NCBI GenBank assembly: GCA_028696365.1
Contig: JAQVHG010000001.1
Location: 2,401-66,400, forward strand
DNA: 64,000 nucleotides
Reading direction: 5' to 3'
Source of the DNA: Methanofollis sp.
GTDB lineage: Archaea; Halobacteriota; Methanomicrobia; Methanomicrobiales; Methanofollaceae
Made by a program: the position numbers and the translations under genes. Below the pieces are notes generated by a model. That model was not told where the DNA came from, did not search any database, and saw nothing but the letters and a program-made list of their open reading frames with translations. Shown here piece after piece: positions 39,949-49,169 of this stretch (position 1 is its first letter; the number at the start of each line of letters is the position of its first letter).

Positions 39949-41750
39949 TTCCCGCAGTAGACATAGATCTCGCCGTGTTCACCCATACCCTGTTTCTCGA
40001 TGAGAGAGACCCCGGCCTCATTGGCCTTTTTGATGAGGCGGTTCACCACCCCGCTCACTCTCCGTGTCCCGAGCACTTTCCTGAGGTCTGCTTCATTGCT
40101 TTCTCTGTGCTGTTTTAAAAACGCGACAAGCGCTGTTTCACGCTCGTCAAGCCCGAGGTCTGGGAGTTCGTCGTGCTCCTCCTCTCTTGTGGCCCGCGCC
40201 GCGCCGGCGCCCTCAGGGGAGAGGATCGGGCGTTCGGCCACCGTCGCCTTCTTACACTGCGAGATGACCTCGAAGAACTCGTGCGTATGTGCCCTGGTCA
40301 GGTCGAGCCCGTGCAGGGCGCACCCTTTGCACCGCACATACTCGCCCGCCTCAAGCGCTCCCTCTGCGGCGCAGAGGTAGATCCTGGCAAAGACTTCCAG
40401 GTCCTCAGGCCCGAGGGTGGCGACCTCTGCCGAGAACCTGGTGATGAGTCTGTCGACGAGGCGCGGCATCCTCTGCCACCCGCGCTCGGCCTCAGCCTCA
40501 AGGACTGTCTCGGCCACCCGCACCAGGTCCCCAGTCTTTTTGACATGGGTGAGGACATAGAGGAGCACCTTCTCGCACTCGCGCAGGTCTCCCTCCCCTG
40601 CCAGGAACCTGGCGTACTCGATCCCGCCGTTGAGAAAGTCGAGGCGGTAGGCCCGGTACAGCCACTCGCGCCCCTTTTTCTCCTCGCCGAATGAGACGTA
40701 GAACCACCCGGTCCGTGCGAGGCTGACGACATTCGGGTCCTCTGAGACGACCGAGAGATAGCAGTCAGGCACCGTGGTGAGAGGTCTGGACTTCTTGAGA
40801 AATCCCTCATAGGCCTCGATGATCACCGAGAGAGTTTCGAGGTCGTTGCCCTGCGCGATCTCTTCCCTGATCAGGTCTTCATATCCCTGCTGTGCAAGGT
40901 CTTTCTCCCCGCTTGCGGCGACGAGTTCACAGGCGACAAGTTGGTGGATCGGGTCGGGCTTCATCTCGATGAGACGTTTGCAGGCCTCAAGCGCCTCCAG
41001 GTATCGGTGTTCTGACTTGAGGAGGAGCACATAGTCGAGGACGAGGTCGTCGTCCGGACATTTCCGGAGAACGGTCGGGAAGAGGTGGAGGGCGGCGGGA
41101 CGGTCATAGGCGGCGAGGGCCGCGAGGTGCTGGCGCAAGAACCCCGCGTCGTGGCACGAGTGATATGCCGCCAGAGCGGCCTCAGCCGCCTCATGGTATC
41201 TGCCGTCGATGATCAGAGCGTCGATGTACTCGGTCTTTGCCCCCTCTCCCCCAAGCAGGGAGCCATGGACCTCGAGTGCTTCCTCGCCGTCGCCAGTGGC
41301 GATGAGGCAGCGCATCAGGGCGACGGCGTCGTCCGATTTTTTCGAGAGCGGTGCAAGGGCCGAGAGGAGAGGCAGGGCGGCGAGGTGATCCCCCAGTCCA
41401 GTGAAGTGCGCTGCATAGGCACGCAACGCTTCCTCGTTTTCGGGATCAAGTTGGACCGCCGTGGCATATGCGGCGACTCCCCCCTCCTTCCCTGCAGCGT
41501 CGAGCACCTTTCCAAGAAAACTATAGTAATAAGAGGAGTCGGGAGAGTGTGTGATAAGGTCGCGGAGTCGCACTTCGGCCTCGTCGTAGTCGCCGAGGGC
41601 AAAATAGTTGGTCACGATGAGGACAGCAACCGAAGGGTCGTCGGCACCGTCTGGGTGTGAGGTACAGCACTCGATCGAGTCCCTGTACTTTCCGGCTTCA
41701 TAGAGGGCGAACGCCTCTTTCCTCCAACTGGCGGGTGACCCCTCAATCAT
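39945..41750 (-). CDS. TPR-repeat protein with C-terminal winged-helix-like domain (601 aa)
   Basis: ATG 41750; helical repeats (AVQLDPEN); C-terminal LRKVLGTRRVSGVVNRLIKK. Confidence 0.8.
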   Translation of the reverse strand: MIEGSPASWRKEAFALYEAGKYRDSIECCTSHPDGADDPSVAVLIVTNYFALGDYDEAEVRLRDLITHSPDSSYYYSFLGKVLDAAGKEGGVAAYATAVQLDPENEEALRAYAAHFTGLGDHLAALPLLSALAPLSKKSDDAVALMRCLIATGDGEEALEVHGSLLGGEGAKTEYIDALIIDGRYHEAAEAALAAYHSCHDAGFLRQHLAALAAYDRPAALHLFPTVLRKCPDDDLVLDYVLLLKSEHRYLEALEACKRLIEMKPDPIHQLVACELVAASGEKDLAQQGYEDLIREEIAQGNDLETLSVIIEAYEGFLKKSRPLTTVPDCYLSVVSEDPNVVSLARTGWFYVSFGEEKKGREWLYRAYRLDFLNGGIEYARFLAGEGDLRECEKVLLYVLTHVKKTGDLVRVAETVLEAEAERGWQRMPRLVDRLITRFSAEVATLGPEDLEVFARIYLCAAEGALEAGEYVRCKGCALHGLDLTRAHTHEFFEVISQCKKATVAERPILSPEGAGAARATREEEHDELPDLGLDERETALVAFLKQHRESNEADLRKVLGTRRVSGVVNRLIKKANEAGVSLIEKQGMGEHGEIYVYCGK

Positions 41751-41807
41751 ATGCAACCGTGTACTGGGCGGTGCGGTCCAATAAGCATACTGAATTATGC
41801 TCTGGGG

Positions 41808-41965
41808 GGCTCTGTAGAATTCCTCCGGGTAATGCTTTCCACCGGGTAATGCTTTCCTCCGGGTAATGCTTTCCACCGGGGGGCGGCACGTCCTCGGCAC
41901 GATCGATGGGGGAAGGCAAGTGAGTCAAGCTCACACCAGGAATGAGGGAGGGGTTCTACAAAATC
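41808..41965 (-). mobile_element. Family A element, core deleted, containing a 17-bp tandem repeat (about 3.6 copies, 41820-41880)
   Basis: GGCTCTGTAGAAT...GTTCTACAAAATC; unit TTCC(T/A)CCGGGTAATGCT. Confidence 0.8.
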
Positions 41966-42247
41966 TACGTTGACTCTCTCTGCGGCGGGCTTGGCCGCTT
42001 CGAATATGATGGTTCCGGCGAAGAGCGTCCAGAACTCCTGGAATGAAAAATCCACGGGCCGGGTAATGATCCGTCTCCCTGGTCCACGATATGTTCGCAC
42101 GACTGAGACGGACCTTCGGTCCATGAATCGCTTCTACAAACTCCCTCTCACGGAGCGCCAGAGATCGCCACATCGTCCCCCCGCCTCGACGACCAGATCT
42201 GGTGCAGTGCGATAAGACTATATGAGAGTGCGACGACTGGCCCGTCC

Positions 42248-42469
42248 ATGGTGCTGGTCACGATCGAGAGGGAGGAGTGCACAAGCTGTGGGCTCTGCTG
42301 GGAAACCTGCCCTGAGGTATTTGATGAAAGTCTTGATGGACGTGCCCAGATCAGGGAGGAGTACCAGACTGACGGCCCTGATACCGGTGAGATCCCCGAT
42401 GAGATAGAGGACTGCGCAAGCGACGCCGCCGACGGGTGCCCGGTGGAGATCATCGAGGTCGGGGGGTGA
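42248..42469 (+). CDS. Monocluster ferredoxin
   Basis: CTSCGLCWETCP...CPV; acidic, 73 aa. Confidence 0.9.
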   Translation: MVLVTIEREECTSCGLCWETCPEVFDESLDGRAQIREEYQTDGPDTGEIPDEIEDCASDAADGCPVEIIEVGG

Positions 42470-42529
42470 AGAGGAGGGATACCTGCCTGCAACGCAGGTC
42501 CTCTCTGAGATCAGAATATCCTTTTTATT

Positions 42530-42773
42530 GGCTCTGGAGAAACCCTCATCAATTCCTGGTGTGAGCGTGTCTGTCTCACTCGCCTTCCACTCTTTTTTCG
42601 CCTGGGGCGAGTGCCCCCCAAACCGAGGGATGACGATGAAATCAGGAAGGCCAAATAGATGACCATGACGAGGATGATGCCGTCCACGACCTATCTTCGT
42701 GCGAGGGGACCAAGGGGAGCGGCACGCTTCTCGCCACAGTGAGCCTTCAAAAGGATTGGATTTTTCCAGAATC
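42530..42773 (+). mobile_element. Family A element, diverged
   Basis: GGCTCTGGAGAAA...TTTTTCCAGAATC. Confidence 0.75.
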
Positions 42774-42858
42774 GATCACTCGTGTATATTCGATCTTCGA
42801 GGTGAGATCAAAGGGAGCATGAGAAACTCTCTGGGAGAATCTAAAGTTTTCTATTTTC

Positions 42859-43091
42859 GGCTTTGTAGAAACCCTCTGGATCTCTCTGGCGGGGGGCCTG
42901 CCACCCCCCGAGCCCCCCGCCACACGATAGATCGTGGACGGCACATCTCTCTTTATGGTTATTTATTCAGCCTTCCCGGCTCAATCAATCTTCATCCCAG
43001 GGGTCCGAGGGCAGCGCCCCCGGTGAGATTTATGAGAGAAGGCGGTAAAGTCACGCCTGCACTATTAAAGGATGAGGGTTTCTACAGAGCC
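42859..43091 (-). mobile_element. Family A element with perfect 8-bp target site duplication
   Basis: CTATTTTC at 42851-42858 and 43092-43099 flanks GGCTTTGTAGAAA...TTTCTACAGAGCC. Confidence 0.92.
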
Positions 43092-43180
43092 CTATTTTCA
43101 CCATTTCATGGTATATCCCATGATTACTGGCCAAAAGTAGATATAAGTAGATTTATTTCTCCGAAAAGGTACGATACTCT

Positions 43181-44677
43181 GTGAAAACAAGTCATCCTTC
43201 GACACAGGGAACACAGAATATGCTCCTCATCTCTGCCATCGCCCTCGCAGCCTTCATGTCCGCCCTTGACGGCAGCATCGTGAACATCGCTCTCCCGACG
43301 ATCTCAGAGGGCTTTGACATCTCGACCGGGCTCGTCTCCTGGGTCTCGACGATCTATCTCCTGGTGGTGACGAGCAGTCTCCTCATCTGCGGGAAACTCG
43401 CCGACATCAAAGGCCTGAAAAAGATCTTTCTCCTGGGATTTGTCATCTTCACCCTGGGATCGTTTCTCTGCGGCTTCCTCCCAGTCGCCCTCAACTCCTT
43501 TGCGTCGCTCCTCGGCGCCAGGGTCGTCCAGGCGATCGGCGGGGCGATGATCGCCGCCATCGCCCCGGCGATGGTCAGCGTCTTCATCCCGGCCGAAGAG
43601 CGGGGGCGGAGCATGGGGCTGGTGGTCACCTTCGCCTCGCTTGGTGCGGCGGCCGGGCCGTTCCTCGGCGGGCTCCTCACCGAGTTTCTCAGCTGGCACT
43701 GGATCTTCTTCATCAATGTCCCGGTCGGGATCGCGGCCGTGGCCCTGGGGGCGCAGGTCATCCCCAATCATCAACCTGGCTCAGGGCGGTCGGCAGGGTT
43801 TGACGCACCAGGTGCGGTCCTCCTCTTTGCCGGTATGATGACCGGCGTCTTCGCCCTCAACATGGGAACCGCGATGGGCTTCACCTCACCGCTGATCATG
43901 CTGGCTATCGCCATCGCCCTTGCCTGCGCCATCCTCTTCATATACCATGAGCAGCGTGCCGAAGACCCGCTCCTCGACCTCGGCCTCTTTTCGGACCGGA
44001 ACTTCCTGTATGCAAACCTTGCGGTCACCCTGATCATGATCGCCTTTGCCGGTTCGGCGTTCCTCCTCCCTTTCTTCCTCGAATATGTCAAAGGACTCCA
44101 GACCTTCTCGGCCGGGATGGTGATGACCGCCTTCTCCTTTGCCATGATGATCGGCGGACCGGTGGCGGGTTTCCTCTTCAACCAGGTCGGCGGTCGAAGA
44201 CTTACCCTGGTCGGGGCGACCCTGGCGTCCCTCAGTTTTGTCATCCTTGCAGGGCTCCACCCTGAAAGCTCGGTGATCGTGGTCGCCGGGGCACTTGGGC
44301 TCCTGGGCTTTGCGATCGGGCTCTATGTCGCCCCGAACAACACCATGGTGATGAACACGGTCAGGCCCGAGAAGAGGGGAATGGTCTCAAGCCTCCTCAA
44401 CACCGAGCGCTATGGGGGTCAGTCGCTTGGGATCGTTCTCTTTGAACTGGTCCTCATCCAAGCCATCCTCTCGATCGTCTCGCACGCCGAGGTGACCACC
44501 GAGTCGCTTGCCTCGGTCACCATCGACCAGAAACTCGCGGTCCTCTCGGCCGGGTTCGATATGGCCTTCTGGACCGGGGCGGTGCTCGCGGTGCTGGCGC
44601 TCGGGCTCTCGTTCCTGGTGAGAGAAGAGGAGGTGCCTGCTGAAGTAGAAGAAGAAATCTCTGTAGTGGTAGGGTGA
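43181..44677 (+). CDS. MFS drug:H+ antiporter (DHA2/EmrB-QacA family)
   Basis: LDGSIVNIALP, GKLADIKG and WHWIFFINVPVG motifs; about 14 TM. Confidence 0.92.
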   Translation: MKTSHPSTQGTQNMLLISAIALAAFMSALDGSIVNIALPTISEGFDISTGLVSWVSTIYLLVVTSSLLICGKLADIKGLKKIFLLGFVIFTLGSFLCGFLPVALNSFASLLGARVVQAIGGAMIAAIAPAMVSVFIPAEERGRSMGLVVTFASLGAAAGPFLGGLLTEFLSWHWIFFINVPVGIAAVALGAQVIPNHQPGSGRSAGFDAPGAVLLFAGMMTGVFALNMGTAMGFTSPLIMLAIAIALACAILFIYHEQRAEDPLLDLGLFSDRNFLYANLAVTLIMIAFAGSAFLLPFFLEYVKGLQTFSAGMVMTAFSFAMMIGGPVAGFLFNQVGGRRLTLVGATLASLSFVILAGLHPESSVIVVAGALGLLGFAIGLYVAPNNTMVMNTVRPEKRGMVSSLLNTERYGGQSLGIVLFELVLIQAILSIVSHAEVTTESLASVTIDQKLAVLSAGFDMAFWTGAVLAVLALGLSFLVREEEVPAEVEEEISVVVG

Positions 44678-44711
44678 GCCCGCAGGGGTTTCATCCCATT
44701 TTTATTCTTCA

Positions 44712-44947
44712 GACTCTAGCAGAAACCCTCACCTCTTGTATGGAGGAGACGTGTGTCACCCGCCTTCCCACTCGCCCACGCCGGGGGCGAGTGCCGCCCG
44801 CACCCCCGGGACCACGATAGGGGCGGGAAGGCAGAATAGATAACCATAAAGAGAGTGTTGCCGTCCTCGACCTATCATGTGGTTGGGGGGTTTGGGGGGC
44901 GGCAAGCCCCCGCCAGAGAGATTCATCAAGAGGATTTCTACAGAGCC
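44712..44947 (+). mobile_element. Family A element, full copy
   Basis: GACTCTAGCAGAAA...TTTCTACAGAGCC. Confidence 0.82.
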
Positions 44948-45153
44948 ACAGGATCCAAGAATTGAAAATGCATTGAAACAGGATGAGATATCCTGACATT
45001 CCGGATGGTATATTCTTGATGTCTCCTATTTCAAGCAGAGAGATACTTTGTTCGAGGACGCACCCCATAGAGGGAGATTGTTCTCATACACACGGCCTGT
45101 ATCATGGGAACTAATCCTGATCCACTGGACCAGGACACGTGATGAAGTGGAGG

Positions 45154-45324
45154 TTACTCAATAATCCCCACCTCGGTCTCGTCAAGGAGATGGTGAAGAT
45201 GGTCATCGAGATTCTTGATGTGCGCGTTGAGTTCTTCGATGTCTCTTCCCACGTGCTCAATGTCGTCATGCACATGTTCGAGTTCTGCTTTCATGTGATT
45301 CACGAGTTCTTTCGTCTTTGTCAT
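45154..45324 (-). CDS. 56-aa His-rich coiled-coil microprotein (not in the ORF track)
   Basis: MTKTKELVNHMKAELEHVHDDIEHVGRDIEELNAHIKNLDDHLHHLLDETEVGIIE*; GAGGTG RBS 5 nt upstream. Confidence 0.8.
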   Translation of the reverse strand: MTKTKELVNHMKAELEHVHDDIEHVGRDIEELNAHIKNLDDHLHHLLDETEVGIIE

Positions 45325-45456
45325 CTGTTCACCTCTTTTCTGTATTTGATCGTGTAAGGAGGAGCCTCCCTACACAGTAAAAGTGTAGGATAAGGGAGCA
45401 ATGAACCTCACTCGAAAGATATTCGGTTCTGCTATGATTCCTAAAAATACCACAAG

Positions 45457-45920
45457 ACCGGCGCAGAATCAGGTAGGAACTCTGGGCTCACGCATATGGG
45501 ATGAAAAATATTGGAGTTCTCTGGAGTGAGTTGACCCCTGCTCCCCCCTTCAGTGCAGGACACCACAGGGAACCACTGCTTCATTGCCGCCCCCGCCTCT
45601 CATCGTCGTGGGGAGTTCAGGGAGGCAAAACCCCCTAAACCCCCAATGACCACGATGGGAAAGGAAGACAGAATAGATGACCATGACGAGAGGTGCGTTA
45701 CCGTCCTCGATCTCTCGTATCGCGGCACGCCGATCAGTATGGCCGCCCTCAATTGCAGAACGTCCCCCGTTATTCTCGCGCCGGGGAGAGACCCCCCGAA
45801 ACCCCCTGCGATTGAGAATAGACGGAGGCGGCGAGTTGAACACGGCCCCCACTGATCCCACTGATTCTCCTGTCTTCATAGAGGAGATCACGCCACGAGG
45901 TATTTTCATCAGATATGCGG
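45457..45920. repeat. Mosaic of module D, family A core and module E
   Basis: CAGGACACCACAGGG...TCATTGCCGCCCCCGCC is shared (reverse) with 30130-30190, 37570-37615 and 47330-47375; 45790-45845 resembles 10545-10600 in reverse. Confidence 0.6.
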
Positions 45921-45948
45921 GAGGCGTGATCTCGCCGGAGACCGTCGG

Positions 45949-46560
45949 TCACTTGGTTATCATCCCGAGAGCAAACCGCCGCCCGGCCTCATATGCCGCA
46001 TCCATGATCTCCTCGTGCCGTCTCACCGCCCCGCGCTCAAAGATCCCAGTGACTGGGAACCGCTCAGCCACCTCATACCCCAGCGCCTCAAGCGGCATCG
46101 AGAGCGCCTCAAGGGTGAGCCCCATCTCGCCGATATCCCTCTGCTCGCAGACCGAGATGACCAGCGCCCGACGCTCTACCCCTGCAAGGCGACTCGAATA
46201 TCCACCTGGCCGTTCATCGGTGAAGATATAATAGGGATAGAGGCGGTCGATGAATGATTTGGTCATGCTGGTGACATTGTAGTTGTAGGTCGGCGACCCG
46301 ATCACCAGGCCCCGTGCTCCCTCCAGTTTCGGATAGAGCAGGTGCATGCCGTCCAGGAACCTGGTGCAGGTCCGGTCTTTCCGGCAGCGTTCGCATCCAG
46401 TGCAGGCCTCGATGGTATAGTCGCGGAGGTGCACACCCTCCACCTCCGCGCCTGCCGACGCCGCGCCCTCAAGGATCCGGGCAAGGACGAGATCGGTGTT
46501 CCCGCCACGGCGCGGACTGCCGCCGACGCCGAGGATGCGGGGAGGGTCATGCGGAGGCAT
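45949..46560 (-). CDS. Iron-sulfur flavoprotein (Isf/WrbA flavodoxin family)
   Basis: GSPRRGGNT, CTGCERC.....C and GSPTY motifs. Confidence 0.9.
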   Translation of the reverse strand: MPPHDPPRILGVGGSPRRGGNTDLVLARILEGAASAGAEVEGVHLRDYTIEACTGCERCRKDRTCTRFLDGMHLLYPKLEGARGLVIGSPTYNYNVTSMTKSFIDRLYPYYIFTDERPGGYSSRLAGVERRALVISVCEQRDIGEMGLTLEALSMPLEALGYEVAERFPVTGIFERGAVRRHEEIMDAAYEAGRRFALGMITK

Positions 46561-46818
46561 TGATCCTCCTGGTCTGAACGTGTGTGCGAAGCGACGATCT
46601 CGTGAGTGCCGGACGAAGGAGAGATCGCTCCTGAACAGTGGTGCCCTGCTGCCATAGAGAGGATAAACCCAGGGTCATAAATTCATCATACGGCCTGTCG
46701 ACGGGAGCAGAGAAATAGGATTCCCCTGGTTTTGTAAAATATGTCACAAGGCGAGGGCATGCCTCACGCATCTGGGACGAACATTTTTCGTTGCGTGGTC
46801 ACTTTTTTTCAAAACAGA

Positions 46819-47475
46819 ACCCCTGTAGAAACCCTCACCAATTCTCAGTGCGAGCGCGATTCAACCGCCATCCCCCGCTGATGAAGATTGGCGGGGATCA
46901 ATCCCGTCGTCTCGGTCATCGCTCTGCCTTCCCGTTCTTATCGCCATCCTGGAAATCCGGGGGCAGAGCCCCCAGTGCAGTGGTGTGGGAAGCACGAATG
47001 TAGGGGTGCACAACGAAAAGGAGAGGGACTCCCCACTATCTCTAATGTTATCTTCTGGGAAGGGGAGGACCGGAGAGTTTTAGGAGGAACCCTATGAAAA
47101 TTGATCTCAGAGATCCACTCTATAGACTCGGGTGAGAATTTGATCACACCTAGCCTCCTCATGACTGATATACAGTGGACAAAAACATCTTCAGAATGAT
47201 CAGCCCTTCGCCTTCCCAACTCTCTCTTCATCCCCGGAGTCCGGCGGCAGCGCCCTCAGCGTACGCGTGTGGAAAGACGCGGTGATCAAGCGTTTGCCCT
47301 CATCGTAGAACTATTCCTACAATCTCACGCCGGGGGGCGGCAATGAAGGGGTGGTCCCATGTGGTGTCCTGTTCCAAAGAGGGACCAACAAGGATCCACG
47401 CACCGGAGACCACCAAGTGTTTTCAATCGCGTATGCTTGGACGGACCAAGGGTTCATACCCAATTCTACAGAGTC
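46819..47475. mobile_element. Mosaic: A end plus B end (46819-47092), module F (47093-47206), module D end (to 47475)
   Basis: CCCTGTAGAAACCCTCACCAATTC start; GGAGAGTTTTAGGAG; terminal ATTCTACAGAGTC. Confidence 0.65.
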
Positions 47476-47494
47476 AGGATCATCTTCATAGCAC

Positions 47495-47830
47495 TCAGGA
47501 CTCATCCTCGTCAGGGACATAGATGATCTCGCCGCTCTGCAACCGGTATGCTGTCCCCATCTTGCTCCCATGACCACCTGAAATCTCTTCAGTCATGTTC
47601 AGCACTTTGATCGTCTCACCGTCCTTGATGATGATCTGCATGTCTGGTTGACCAGGATTTTTCACCATGGTGAGGTCTGAAGACGAGTCCAGCATCTCCG
47701 GGACATTGTATGAGACGACGAGCGCAACCAGGAGGGCCACGGCAAAGACCATCGCCACATCAAAAAGATTGGCAACCCCGCCCAGGGGGTCCTCGTCCTC
47801 GTCGTTCATGATCAGCCTTCTTCTCCTCAT
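47495..47830 (-). CDS. DUF2149 family protein (HmuV-like)
   Basis: DPLGGVANLFDVAMVFAVALLVALV, KNPG and GTAYRL motifs. Confidence 0.85.
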   Translation of the reverse strand: MRRRRLIMNDEDEDPLGGVANLFDVAMVFAVALLVALVVSYNVPEMLDSSSDLTMVKNPGQPDMQIIIKDGETIKVLNMTEEISGGHGSKMGTAYRLQSGEIIYVPDEDES

Positions 47831-48444
47831 GACAGCACTCCAGCGACATACTCCATGTCGCTGAGATCCTGAAGATACCAGCGCCTCTTGACGAGCATGA
47901 CTGCGTACGCGATCCCTCCCACCAGCAGCCCGAGAATCGTGGTGCTGAAGGCAACGACCAGGTTGGAGGCCAGGGCCTCGATATTCCCCGCCGAAAGACC
48001 CATCAGGGCGGGCCCGAGCGGGATCAAGGTTCCCATCAGCCCGAGCATGGGGGCGATGCGGGTCAGGATCTTCAGGGAATCAAGTTCCCGTGCGATCTTA
48101 AGTTCATAGTCCTGGAGCAACTTCTCAGACTCAAGAGAGAGGCGTTCGTCCCCGATAAACCCCGCAAGGTCGCGGATATATTCTTCAAGGAACGGATTGG
48201 ACCCTGCATTTTTCAGGGCATCCGCCGCTTTGCGTCTCTCGTTCTTCTGCAAATGAAGGGAGGCGTCCCTGCACCCGTCCCTGAGCCGCGCGAGGTCACG
48301 CGTCCTCCCTGAATATTCAGAAATCACCTGCCCAAGGACGATCAACACCCACACCACAAGGAGGATGAGCGCGATGATCACCGGATACAGGAGTGCATTT
48401 GAGAGAATAAACATAATTCCCATTATTGTAGACGTAATTTCCAT
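47827..48444 (-). CDS. MotA/TolQ/ExbB proton-channel family protein (HmuU-like)
   Basis: APMLGLMGTLIPLGPAL...VAFSTT..GL motif. Confidence 0.88.
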   Translation of the reverse strand: MEITSTIMGIMFILSNALLYPVIIALILLVVWVLIVLGQVISEYSGRTRDLARLRDGCRDASLHLQKNERRKAADALKNAGSNPFLEEYIRDLAGFIGDERLSLESEKLLQDYELKIARELDSLKILTRIAPMLGLMGTLIPLGPALMGLSAGNIEALASNLVVAFSTTILGLLVGGIAYAVMLVKRRWYLQDLSDMEYVAGVLS

Positions 48445-49163
48445 TACTGACCTCCTTTGAGGTGAATTTCTTTGGAACGGTGGATAAACACACCGAGAAC
48501 AACCGGGACCGCCAGCACAGCCAGTCCCATAAACGTCCCGCTGCAGTCAAGAGGGGGGATACATAACCCTGACATCCGCTGCGCCTCGATATATGTCGGA
48601 ATAATCAGCGGACAGAGGAGATAGAAGAGCCCAAGAAAGATCATGACGCTCCCCAGGGTCGAGGGGTTCTTTTTCCCCATGCACCCGCTGACCCACGAGA
48701 CCACCAGCGACGACGCAATGATGTCAAGAAAGAACATCGCCCCTACGCCAAGACTCACGCGGAGACAGTCCATGCCGGTAGTGTCAGTGAGCACGACACA
48801 TGCAAGAAAGGTCGCGGTCAGGCATGCAGGGCATGGCAGGGACAATAACAGAAAACTGCGGCGCGAGAGATCACGCCGCCTTCCCAACCAGTCCTTTCTG
48901 GTCTTGACACCGAAACTGAGCAGGCCGAGGGCGATGATCACGTGCATGAGAAGGCCAAGCCCGAGGATCTCGGTGGTGACCTCTGCCGGAATGATACCAG
49001 AGAGCATCCCCACCACCCCGGCGGCGAGCGCATAGACTCCCGCAAAAAATATGAGTTCCCTCATCTTGAGGGAAGACAGGCCGCATCCCATTCCCGCCTT
49101 CAGCGAAAGAATGGCGATGCCTGTTATGGTGCCGGCAGTGAGAAGTCCTGCGACATCACTCAT
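48444..49163 (-). CDS. DUF2162 family membrane protein (HmuT-like)
   Basis: LKAGMGCG, LPCPACL and LGS.MIFLGL motifs; multi-TM. Confidence 0.8.
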   Translation of the reverse strand: MSDVAGLLTAGTITGIAILSLKAGMGCGLSSLKMRELIFFAGVYALAAGVVGMLSGIIPAEVTTEILGLGLLMHVIIALGLLSFGVKTRKDWLGRRRDLSRRSFLLLSLPCPACLTATFLACVVLTDTTGMDCLRVSLGVGAMFFLDIIASSLVVSWVSGCMGKKNPSTLGSVMIFLGLFYLLCPLIIPTYIEAQRMSGLCIPPLDCSGTFMGLAVLAVPVVLGVFIHRSKEIHLKGGQ

Positions 49164-49169
49164 CGTATT

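Noticed and set aside
37801-39960. Long antisense ORFs (719 aa here; also 34505-36100, 59694-60806, 4553-5737)
   Set aside because: Shadow frames of well-supported high-GC genes on the opposite strand.
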